Shown: positions 15,481-25,800 of the stretch, piece by piece
Layout: each line of letters opens with the position of its first letter
Position numbering within the stretch: position 1 is the stretch's first letter
Virus record (IMG/VR): IMGVR_UViG_3300033076_000194
Location: 1-28,819 of that record
Origin: a virus
Lineage: Duplodnaviria > Caudoviricetes
DNA length: 28,819 nucleotides
Strand: one strand, 5' to 3'
Translations under genes and position numbers: made by a program
The notes under the pieces: generated by a model
Database searches by the model: none
Seen by the model: only the letters and a program-made list of their open reading frames with translations
Told to the model about the DNA's origin: nothing

Positions 15481-15501
15481 CCTCCAATTAAGGAAATCAA
15501 A

Positions 15502-16401
15502 ATGAGTAACATGACACTTTTCAAATCCGGTTCAGTTATCCCTGACTACCTGCGCGAAGCCGCAGACGCCACTACCAAAGATATTGCAGGTAGCTCTGGC
15601 GGTAAACAAATCTCCATCAAGGGTGGTGTGTGGCGTATGGTCGTAGGTGGCGAAGAAGTTGCCAAGAACGAAGACCGTGCCATGAACTTTGTGGTGATTG
15701 CATCAGGTAAGGGCGTAACGCGTACGTTCTACGCAGACAAGTATGAAGAAGGCAAAGATATCAAGCCCGCATGCTGGTCTTCCGAAGGCGTTGTACCGAA
15801 TGAAGAAGTCAAGACTCCTCAAGCTAAGTCATGCGCTACCTGCCCTCAGAACATCGAAGGCTCAGGTGATGGTAAGGCTCGTGCCTGCCGTTACAGCAAG
15901 CGTTTGGCAGTGGCTTTGGAGAACGATATCGGTGGCAACATCTACCGCTTGTCAGTACCTGCCAAGTCATACTTTGGTCGTGCTGAAGGCGAGAAGATGC
16001 CCCTGCAAGCGTTTGGTAAGTTCTTGTCTGGTCACGGCATTCCAATTACCGGTATTGTGACCGAGGCTCGCTTTGATACAGCTGAAGCAGTGCCAGTGTT
16101 GAAGTTCCGTGCTGTGCGCCCCTTGTCGAAAGAAGAGTGGGAATTGGCTAAGGCACAAAGCCTGACAGAAGACGCCAAACAAGCCATTGAGTTGAAGATG
16201 GTGCCGTCTAAGGCCGAGGCTATGCCCGCACTGCCCCAAGCGTTCCAAGAGACACCTGTGGCTGCCAAGGTAGAAAAAGCGGAAGCTGAAGAGGTTGCTG
16301 AGCCAGTTAAGCGTGCCCCTGCGAAAGCCAAAGCGGAAGCACCTGTGGCTAAGAACGTATCTGACATTCTGAGTGACTGGGCTACTGACGAAGATGCGTA
16401 A
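15502..16401 (+). CDS. Putative ssDNA-binding protein
   Basis: ISIKGGVWR, CWS, CATCPQN..GS, RACRY (probable Zn site), Ala/Pro/Lys linker and acidic tail DWATDEDA; located in the replication module. Confidence 0.65.
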   Translation: MSNMTLFKSGSVIPDYLREAADATTKDIAGSSGGKQISIKGGVWRMVVGGEEVAKNEDRAMNFVVIASGKGVTRTFYADKYEEGKDIKPACWSSEGVVPNEEVKTPQAKSCATCPQNIEGSGDGKARACRYSKRLAVALENDIGGNIYRLSVPAKSYFGRAEGEKMPLQAFGKFLSGHGIPITGIVTEARFDTAEAVPVLKFRAVRPLSKEEWELAKAQSLTEDAKQAIELKMVPSKAEAMPALPQAFQETPVAAKVEKAEAEEVAEPVKRAPAKAKAEAPVAKNVSDILSDWATDEDA

Positions 16402-16642
16402 TAGAGTTCGGGGGTACGACACCCTATTTATTCAGAAGGTTGAAGATGCAGACCAGAGGCCGATTGTCATGCAGTTGGCTGATGTTTGCATCAACAAAGG
16501 TGTACCTATAACCGAGGTAGCGCAGATGTTTGGCGTGACTCGTGCGACTGTGTACAACTGGCTAACTGGTAAATCGGTGCCGCGCGCCCGACATCAGGCA
16601 GCAATGCCTAAAGTTATTGCACGTCTTTCAAAACGTAAGTAA
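16394..16642 (+). CDS. Cro/XRE-like helix-turn-helix protein
   Basis: ITEVAQMFGVTRATVYNWLTGKSVP; probable start ATG 16394 overlapping the upstream gene end. Confidence 0.88.
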   Translation: MRNRVRGYDTLFIQKVEDADQRPIVMQLADVCINKGVPITEVAQMFGVTRATVYNWLTGKSVPRARHQAAMPKVIARLSKRK

Positions 16643-16648
16643 ACCTCG

Positions 16649-16684
16649 TGGGGGTGGCAGGCTGTCCTGTCGCCCCTATTTTTT
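16649..16684 (+). terminator. Rho-independent terminator/attenuator upstream of primase
   Basis: GGGGTGGCAGG-CTGT-CCTGTCGCCCC (two G-U pairs) followed by TATTTTTT. Confidence 0.7.
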
Positions 16685-16707
16685 CCTCCTCAACCCAGTG
16701 AGGTTTT

Positions 16708-19551
16708 GTGACTGACTTTCTCAAATCCGTTTTACCAACGCAGGGCGTATATTGCACTGTGGGTATTCGGTCAGGTGCCGTCAAACAGTCGTTTCAGCAG
16801 ACGATTGATGACGTGGAAGCAGTCGGCTCGGGTATGGATTCTCAAGGCGTAGATGCGTACTTCGCACTCGCCGCATTCAACGATGACTCAGGACGTAAGG
16901 TTGATAACGCAGCCTTCCTGCGGTCATTCTTTCTTGACTTAGATTGTGGGACAGGCAAACCCTACGCTGACCAAGCTGCTGCTGCCCAAGCCCTATCCAT
17001 ATTCATTGCTGACACGAAGCTGCCAAGCCCAACCCTTGTTAACTCAGGCGGTGGACTGCACGTATACTGGCCGTTAACCGAAGACGTAGCTGCATCCGAG
17101 TGGGTGCGCCACGCGAAATCCCTGAAGCGTTTGTGCGCTCAGAAGAAACTATTTGCTGACCCTGCTGTGACTGCCGATGCCGCACGCATCTTACGCATAC
17201 CGGGTACCCATAACTTTAAGAACGAAACCCCGAGACCTGTACAAATTATTGCCTTGGGTACGCCTGTATCCCTTGCTGAATTCGCTGAGATGCTCCCTGC
17301 ACCGGCGATGGACTTAAGTGCTGCCAAACAATTTGGCATGGACGAAACCTCCAAAGACATCGGGGGTGAATACCCCAAGTGCTCATTCAAACGTATTGCA
17401 ATCCGCAGTGTGAACGACAACGGCTGTGCCCAGATGAAGCACGCCTTGCAAAATTCAGCTACGCTGGAAGAACCCCTATGGAGGGCTGCGCTGTCTATTG
17501 CCGTGCGGTGTGAAGATGGTCAGGCGGCTATTCACAAGATTTCACGCGACCACCCTGAATACGATCGTGCGGATACCGAAGCAAAGGCAGCCGAGACTAA
17601 AGGCCCATATACGTGTGAGTGGTATAGAAGCAACAACCCATCATTGTGCGAGGGGTGCGAACAAAAAGTTTCTACGCCAATCCTGTTGGGTAAGTTTGTT
17701 GAGGCTGCGCCTGTTGAAGACGACCAGTACATCATTGAGACGCCCGAAGATGAGTCAGCACCCGCACTGACAACATCAATACCCGCATACCCATTCCCAT
17801 ATTTCCGTGGTGCTAATGGTGGCGTATACAAAAAAGAACGCACTCCTGACGGTGAGGAGAAAGACATTGAAATTTATCCGTATGACCTTTACCTAACAGA
17901 GAGGTACTTTGACTCGGACAAATACGGCAACGGTGAAGGCGAGATGGTGGGTGTTAACTTGCACATGAAGCAAGACGGTATCCGCAGGTTCTACGCTCCG
18001 GTGACTACGCTATTCACCAAAGACAAAATGCGCGACCTGCTGATTAAAAACGGTGTGGTCGCATACGGAAAACACTTGGATGCAATCATGGCTTATTTTG
18101 CTTCGACACTACGCAAACTGCAATCGCAGTACGCTGCGAACAAAACGCGCAGCCAAATGGGATGGACACCTGACGGAGTTGGCTTCGTTGTAGGTGAGTT
18201 GGAATACACCGCAGCAGGTACTAAGCTTGCACCTCCATCGAGCGGTACGCGGGAACTGGCTGAGTCATTTAAACCAACAGGTACGCTGGAAGAGTGGAGC
18301 AAGATCGCTAACTTCTACGACCGACCCGGTCTTGAGCCGCATGCACTGGCTTTGTTCTTTGGCTTTGGTTCCCCCTTGCTGAAGTTCATTGGCCCCAAGC
18401 AAAACGTGAAGGGCGCTTTGATCCACTTGAAGCACAACGGTTCGGGCTCTGGTAAGTCAACGGCACAGATGGTGGTCAACTCTATCTTCGGGCACCCCGA
18501 TACCCTGCTGATGAAGCAGGACGATACCTACGCTTCCAAGATGCACATGCTTGGCATGATGAACAGCATTGCATTTACTGTGGATGAAATCACCAACGAG
18601 AAGCATGAGATTCTGTCTGACTACGCTTATGGGTTCACCTCAGGGCGAGGCAAGCACCGTATGGAATCGCAGAGTAATAAGTTGCGTGTCAACAACATAG
18701 CATGGTGTAACTTCACGCTGTCTTCCGGTAACGCCTCAGTTGTGGATGCACTGCAGAACCTTAAGAACACTGCTGATGGCGAACTTCGTCGTGTGCTTGA
18801 GATTGCGTTCCACAAATACACAGGCGCTACCAAGGCTGAGATTGACGAGGTGTTTGGCAAGCTGAACACCAACTACGGTGTGGCAGGGCCGATCTACATC
18901 CAGTACATCATTGACAACCACGACCACGTTATGAAACTGCTTGCTGATATGCAAGCCAAGGTGGACAAAGCTCTGGGCTTGGACCAGACAGACCGTTTCT
19001 ATTCTTGCTTATTGACATGTGCCTTCGTTGGTGCCCTGATTGCTACCAAGTTGGGTCTGATTAGCATCGACATGAAGCGCATCTACCAATACGCCTTGGG
19101 GGTAGTGGGCGAAGCAGTTGCATCAAACCAAAGCAGCACTGGCAACCCACTGGTGATCGCCCAAGAAACACTGGGTGCCTTCATCAACGAGAACGTCAAC
19201 AATGCAATGGTAGCGGCATATACCCCCAAAGGTGGCCTGCCTGAGAGACCTGCACTGACGCCCAAAGGTAAGCTGGTCATGCGGTATGACCCTGACACCA
19301 AAACCCTTGCAATCCCTGTGTCTGAGCTACGCAAGTACTTTACTAGCAGGCAGGTGGACGTGCGCGATAGCTTGGCACGCCTAACCACAGCAGGGTACCT
19401 CAAACATGGTGGCAAGTCACACCCCACTCGTATTGGCGCAGGAGCCGTAGGTGGGCTTAGCGGTATCGCAGTTCGCTGTTATATCTTTGACGGAGACGTA
19501 ATTGGCATCGACGAAACGGCGTTCGCGCAAGCGGAAGACATCGGCACCTAA
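16708..19551 (+). CDS. Primase-helicase (RepB/AEP-type primase + DUF927 + ATPase)
   Basis: FLDLD, SGGGLHVYW, RILRIPGTHNFK; Cys cluster C..CEGC; Walker A GSGSGKST and Walker B FTVDE; GTG start with GAGG RBS. Confidence 0.92.
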   Translation: MTDFLKSVLPTQGVYCTVGIRSGAVKQSFQQTIDDVEAVGSGMDSQGVDAYFALAAFNDDSGRKVDNAAFLRSFFLDLDCGTGKPYADQAAAAQALSIFIADTKLPSPTLVNSGGGLHVYWPLTEDVAASEWVRHAKSLKRLCAQKKLFADPAVTADAARILRIPGTHNFKNETPRPVQIIALGTPVSLAEFAEMLPAPAMDLSAAKQFGMDETSKDIGGEYPKCSFKRIAIRSVNDNGCAQMKHALQNSATLEEPLWRAALSIAVRCEDGQAAIHKISRDHPEYDRADTEAKAAETKGPYTCEWYRSNNPSLCEGCEQKVSTPILLGKFVEAAPVEDDQYIIETPEDESAPALTTSIPAYPFPYFRGANGGVYKKERTPDGEEKDIEIYPYDLYLTERYFDSDKYGNGEGEMVGVNLHMKQDGIRRFYAPVTTLFTKDKMRDLLIKNGVVAYGKHLDAIMAYFASTLRKLQSQYAANKTRSQMGWTPDGVGFVVGELEYTAAGTKLAPPSSGTRELAESFKPTGTLEEWSKIANFYDRPGLEPHALALFFGFGSPLLKFIGPKQNVKGALIHLKHNGSGSGKSTAQMVVNSIFGHPDTLLMKQDDTYASKMHMLGMMNSIAFTVDEITNEKHEILSDYAYGFTSGRGKHRMESQSNKLRVNNIAWCNFTLSSGNASVVDALQNLKNTADGELRRVLEIAFHKYTGATKAEIDEVFGKLNTNYGVAGPIYIQYIIDNHDHVMKLLADMQAKVDKALGLDQTDRFYSCLLTCAFVGALIATKLGLISIDMKRIYQYALGVVGEAVASNQSSTGNPLVIAQETLGAFINENVNNAMVAAYTPKGGLPERPALTPKGKLVMRYDPDTKTLAIPVSELRKYFTSRQVDVRDSLARLTTAGYLKHGGKSHPTRIGAGAVGGLSGIAVRCYIFDGDVIGIDETAFAQAEDIGT

Positions 19552-19801
19552 GCCAGTACCGGAGAAACCGAAACCACGGATGCCTGATGACGTCCGTGTG
19601 TTGCACTTGCTTGGTGTTGACTACTTCATGCAGTGGGAACGGTTCGATCTTGGGTGCTCGTTCTTTCTGCCAACCACAGCCACGCCCGTGCAAGCACGGG
19701 AGGCACTCAAGAAAGCCATACGGTATTTCAAAATACAAGTTGAGATACGCTCCCGTTGTGAGTACGGGAGGTATGGCGTTCGTATCTGGCGAACTTACTG
19801 A
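19502..19801 (+). CDS. Hypothetical phage protein (GCSFFLP...GVRIWR type)
   Basis: TTG with GGAG 6 nt upstream (alternative ATG 19580); last gene of the + block. Confidence 0.7.
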   Translation: MASTKRRSRKRKTSAPKPVPEKPKPRMPDDVRVLHLLGVDYFMQWERFDLGCSFFLPTTATPVQAREALKKAIRYFKIQVEIRSRCEYGRYGVRIWRTY

Positions 19802-22800
19802 TTCTTGCGAATCTCGTTCTTAGCGTCACGTACCCACTTTACAAGCTCAACTTCCATCTGTTTGATTTCGTTAAGCTGCGCTTCGCGTTCTTCTCTGCTC
19901 AATGATTCAGCACCGTCTGGGCTGTTCAAGAACTTGCGGTATGCGCGGGTACGTTCCAGTTCATTCAGCGTTGAGTTGATGGCGGACTCCAGCATCAGTT
20001 CATCTGCGTGGTCTTTGGCATACTGCTCCGCACGGTTGATGTCGGTCTTCATCAGATCGTTCAACGTGGTGTTAGCCTTGCCTACCTTTTCGCGTTCTTC
20101 GTAGAACTCAGTCACACGGCGTGTACCAACTGGGTCATACAAGTAGTTGCTAAGCAGTGCGTACTTGTGTAGTGGGCGATCGACTCGCGTTGGGTTAAGC
20201 AAGCTGTCTGTAACCATTGTTGCCATGGCAGCAGAAGAGCCAAAGTAACCGCGCAGTGCGTTGTCAATCATGATGGGGGAGACCTCCACACCGATCTGGT
20301 CACGGCTAAATACTGCAATCGCTTTGGCAAGCTCAGAGGTCTGCTCAGTCACGCGTGCGCTTGGGTCCATGGCCTTGTGGTGGTAGCCTTCAAGATCACG
20401 TCCGGTCAAGAATGACTTGTTAGCCCAAGCTTCGATGACAGGTTTGATCGCCTGAGGAACGGGTACTGCACGGCCCAAGTACTGCTCGTACATGTATGCC
20501 AACGTAGTGCGCGTAGCTTCCCATGCGGTTTGTTCTTCTGGCGTGCCTTGACGCTTCATGTACTCCACAATGCGCTCGGGAATGACCTTGAAGATTGCAC
20601 CCAACTCGCCCGGCACAGGGATTTTGTAGCCACCGGGGAGAATCCAGTTGCCATCACGGGTACGCAGATCCATCTCTTGGTAGTCTTTGTCCTCGTCGTC
20701 CTTACCCAACGCATAGAGGGAACTGAGCATCATGACTGTTGCAGCACGGCTCCAGAACATCTGACGGGCTTGGGCACGATCCACCGAGGCACTTGAATCC
20801 TTGCCAGATGCAGCGCGGTACAGGACGTCCATACCTTGAATGTAGGCGTTAAAGAACGGAATGGTTGTAACCATGGCACCCACGAAATCACTTGCACCAC
20901 GGCGGCGGAAGTTGATGAACTCACGGGCACGGGTCTGAGCCAACAACTCATCACCGGTTTCTTTGATGGTTTGGTCGTAAATGGCCTTGCGAACCGCCAA
21001 GTCAGAGGCACGTGTAATGCCGTCAAGACGGTGCAAGATGGTCTCGAATTTACCGCGCTTTTTGTAACCCAAGTCTTTCAGCAAAGATGTTGCGGGTTTA
21101 CCAGCTTCAAAGTCGTATTCACCGGTCAGACCCAAACGGCCGAAATCCTTAACGTCCGGATGCTGGATGCCACGCAGTTCTGCGTAGGCTAGCTTGGGGA
21201 AGTTAGTCAGAGACATGCGAATCAACGCGCCGGGGTTCTTCACACCGGAAGTCAAGATGGCACGCTGCACGTCATCCGTTACCTGCTTCAATGCAAATGG
21301 TGGCAGTACAGTCACAGTCTTACGCAGCACATTAGAGAATGCACCCATGTTACGTAGCCAGCCTGCCTTAGGTGGGTTCAAATCTTTGAACGCCATGACA
21401 TCGTACTTGCTTGGCAGATTCCAGTAGTACATCTCACCGTTGACATAGGCACCAACAGCGTTTGGTTTGCTCAGTGCGCTACGGCCAAGGTATTTGGCAA
21501 AGCCAAGGTCTTCCAAACTGCGTAGTGTTTTGACAGTGGCATCAGTCTTTAACGTCTGGCCAACCATCCAACCGAGCGTGTTGATGTAGTTATCGAACAC
21601 ATTGCCCACAGGTCGAACTTCAGAACCAATCAACTCTGGCAGCTTGCCAAGTTGTGCCAAGCCCTTACCACTGATTTTCTTAGCCTTGTTAAAGTTGGTT
21701 GCAAAGTCTTCAATGCGGTCAAATGGCACGTAGCCTACGACTGCTTTCCACTCAGCGCCCTGCTCGGGGGACAAACGACCGACCTTAATCAGGTTATCAA
21801 CCATTGCAATACGGGCTTCGTCCATGAGTTTGCTCATGGCTTGCAAATCAGGGTCTGCGTTGTACTCCGCCATCAATTGGTCAATCTGGGCGTCGTTCAG
21901 ATGCAACGCAAAGCTAGTTGCGCCGGTCTTGTTGGAGGCACGCATCTCATTTAGACGGACACCTTCCAGTACACGACTTGCAATTTGTGTTGCGCGCTCT
22001 CGACTGTAGCCATTCTTTTCGGCATACTTATCCAAGGCTGCGTAGATTTCAGCAGGGGCACGCACGCCCTTGCCAACTTCAGACTTCCATAAACCAGTCA
22101 CAGGGTCCTTGTACAGCGTACCATTTTGGAAGTACTCAAGCAGCATCTTGGAGTAGTCTTGTGCCTGACGATACAAACCCATGGGGTTGAGCTTGCCCAT
22201 AGAGTCACGCACAGCGCCATCAAACTTGGTGCGAAGTCTTTGCTCAATCGTGGCTGCAATATCCGCAACTTGCGTACGGGCCTTGGTAACGTAGTCGATG
22301 TCGGGGTTAGCCTGAACGCCAGTAATTAGTTTCTGCAAACCATTCTTCTGGACAGCATCCAACGGACCCATAGAATCAATTAACGACTCCGTGGTGTACG
22401 ACACAGAGAACGATGATTTCATGGATGGTTGTGCGGGGTTATCTTGTCCAGATACCCATAAGTCAGCACTACCGGGGCCCATAGCATCAAGGAACTCCGC
22501 CACTTTTTTGTTTGGTGGGTATTTGCGACCAGTCACCAGTGCCACCAAGTCACGCATCATTTGCGCAACATTAGAGAAGAACTTCTCTACGATAGATACG
22601 GGTTTTTCCGCTGTGGACGCCCAACGTGATACGTTATCTGCAAACCACTCATCAAAGCCTTTCCAATAGGATCGCATCTGTTCAGCGGTCTTACCTTCTT
22701 CCACGGACATCATTTGAGTATCAGCGGTTTCACGGTTGCGCAACATCTGCACTAACTCACGGCCTGTTTTGCCTTTAGTGGATTCCAACCACTTTTCATA

Positions 22801-25800
22801 CTCCGCCCGTATAGCATTTTTTGTTTCTTGCGGGGCGTTCTTGTATGCAATTGCTTCAATAGCGTGGCCCAACTCGTGAGAAATTACTTCCAGCGATTTG
22901 TTTTCTGACATGCCGGATTTAAACGAGATGTAGAAGTCGCGCTTATACGGCCCCATGTTTTGTGCAGAGCCTTCTTCCCCTACCGTAAACCCAGCGGTCT
23001 GCGCGGTCTCAAAAGATTTATACAAGCGGTACTTATCCTGTGCGCCCGGTTGACGCATATCTTCTGGATGCAGCAAGAAAATACGTACGTCGCCTAGACC
23101 CATGGAGGACATCAGGTCGCGTAGATAATCAGCGTAGCGCTGGTCAACAGAATCGGACTTAACTACGTTAGTCTTAGCTCCAGTAAACGGACCGTCGGGG
23201 TATTTAGACGCGCGTTTACTTTCGTCAAAGACGGCTTTGCTGCGAGCCGCCAAGAGTGTTTCACGTTGTTCGGGCGTAAAGTCTTTGCCGGTGTATGACT
23301 CAATATCTTGGTTAGTGTACCGTCCGTTGCGCGCTTTATTTACACCAATATACACTTGATTGCCAAACACATTAATGGCACGGTACAACGCGATATTTTC
23401 ATCGCCATACACCGGGGTAAAGCCCGGCGCAGTGTAGTCAACTGCCCATTTGGAAATTTCCGCAGCTTTTGGGGCAGGCGCTTCTTTACGTTCTTGCAAA
23501 TCCAATCGGCCTTGACGGGCATCGCGTGGCACCATCTGAGCTTTGGTGGGCTCTTCTGCGGTTTCTGGCTCACCACGTTTCTTACGCTCAGCGTATTCAA
23601 TTTCTTCACGCTTGGACATGGGGAACAGCATTCCCTGTGGGCCGCGCAGGATTTCTTTCTCGCCTTCTTCCATGCCAAACTCAGATGTGCCAACAGGCTC
23701 ACGCAGTTTTTCTGGCAGTTCTTTGGGCTCAGCTTTCTCAGCCTTGGTTTCCGTAGTGGGTGCCACGCCTTTCGGTGCGGGCTTGGCAGGGGCCGCTTCC
23801 ATTGCCCTACGCATTTCTTCGGCCTCACGTTTACGTGCGGCTTCTTCCTCTACAGTTTCAGTAGCGACAGCAGGAGTCGGTGCTTTAGGCTCTTTGGCAG
23901 GGGCAGCTTTAGGAGTTGGCTTAGCAGCCACCGCTGGTTTTTCAACAGGTGCGGCAGGGGCAGCAGGGCTAGGAGCAGTAGTAGGAGTAACAGGCGCATT
24001 TAATGTAGGCTTAGCCGCTGTCGCAGGCTTAGCTCCCTTGCCAGCAGGCTGTCCAGCAGGTGCCAGTCCGAGTCCGACAGGTGTTGCAGGTGCTCCGGTG
24101 GTGGTGGGTACTCCGGCTCCGGGTTGTACCACGTTGGCTCCGGCAGGCTGACCAGATACTCCCACGCTTGGCTTACCTCCTCGGGGCTCAACTCTTGGCT
24201 CAGGCTTATTCGTCTTGGTAGTTTTCTCGACACGTGGTGCCTCCTTAAACCCTTCAGGTACGGGTGCAGTTAGGTATTTCAATATCTCGGCACGAGCACC
24301 TTTGGTAAGGATTAGGTTGGGATTGTTTGCCACCAACACTTGGATTTCCGCAGGGGTCTTACCGACAACGTTTTCTTCCAACCATTTCTTTGACGTGCGC
24401 AGTGGGACACCGATGTCCTCCAAGTCCTGCATTGTGATTTCATTGGGGCGTGCAGGGATTGTCAAGTCACGCTTGGCTTCTTTACCTTCGGGTACTGTGC
24501 GTAAAGGCAGCTTGTATTGGTAGCCACCCTTGGGTTCGCGTTTCGTAGGCTCTGCAATTTCTTCGGTAGTTGGCTGTGCAGCAGGGGTTGGCGCTTGCTC
24601 TTCGCCAAACAAATCCATCTGTGTGCGGGGAATGATTGGGGCTGTTTCTGCAAGGCCGGGGAACTTTGCACGGGCTTCTGCTTCCTGTGCTTTTTCCGCA
24701 CGGATGCTTTCTACTTCGTTCTCGTGAAGCGACAGGAGTTGATCGTTTAGGTCTTTAATGCGAGCTTTGACTTCTGGCGTCTGTGGCTGTTGTTTAAGCG
24801 CTTCGCGCTCTTTGACCATATCGGCATATTCACGCTGAAAGTCCAAGCCAAGATCGAGTTGTTCACCTTGGGGCGTTGTGGTCGTAGGCTGGGTAACTGG
24901 CTCTTCTTTAGGCGTAGGTACGCGCTCACCCATTTCAGCTTCGCTAAACAACGCGCCTTGCGTACCTTGAGGCGCTTCGGGCGCTACCTGTGGACCACGG
25001 GCGGCAATACGTGCTTGCTCTTCACGTTGTGCTGTAAGTTGTTGTTCTGCAAGCTTATTTCTGGCTCCGCCACGCTCCATGACGTTACCGGCAGCCCCCA
25101 GTGGGGCACCAATCAGCAAAGCTTGGTATGCAGACTCGCCGTATTCTTTAATGGCATCTGGAGAGGTTAAGTCAAGACCTGCCTGCGCACGCTCTAGAAT
25201 CTGCTGAGCAACCTCAACAGGCATCTCAGTCGTACCACGGGCTGCACCACGAGTTAATGTACCCGCCAGCGAACGCTCCGCAGCTTTGACCAGTTCAGCT
25301 TGGCTCTTGGCAGTAACCAGTGCGGCGTCTTCCGCCACACCCAAAACACCTTTGACAACTCGTTTGCCTAACGTGAACGCTGTACCTGCACCTTCTAAAC
25401 CGGCTTGTAGGGCGGCAGCGCCGTAGGCTTTTGTTCTGTCAATCTTGACGGGCTCGCCCTTTTCCATCTGCTCGGCAGCTTGACGCTCAACGTTGCTACC
25501 CATGAACTGCGGCAAGAGCGTAGCACCTGCACCAAGGGCACCACCAACAAGCGTGCCTACACCCGGAGCGATAGCTGAACCGGCCATAGCGCCAAGACGT
25601 GCGCCGCCTGCCATAGAAGCAAGATTGGCACCTTGACCAGCCAAAGCACGAGGAATTTGGGATACGGCTTCGCCTGCTGCGGACAGCAATCCTTTGTCTT
25701 CGTACGCTTTCTTGACGGCTTCAAATGACGGGCCTTCGCCAGCTTCTTTGCCGATAGCTTCGCCCCGTGCAACACCAGCTTTGGCAGCTTCTTCGGGGGA

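Noticed and set aside
18752-18769. AACCTTAAGAAC in the primase gene as a sixth palindrome copy
   Set aside because: Only the right half matches; the left TTAA is absent
23308-24151. Long + strand ORFs (231 and 202 aa) opposite the giant gene
   Set aside because: Shadow ORFs of the Pro/Ala-rich low-complexity linker; no RBS or motif
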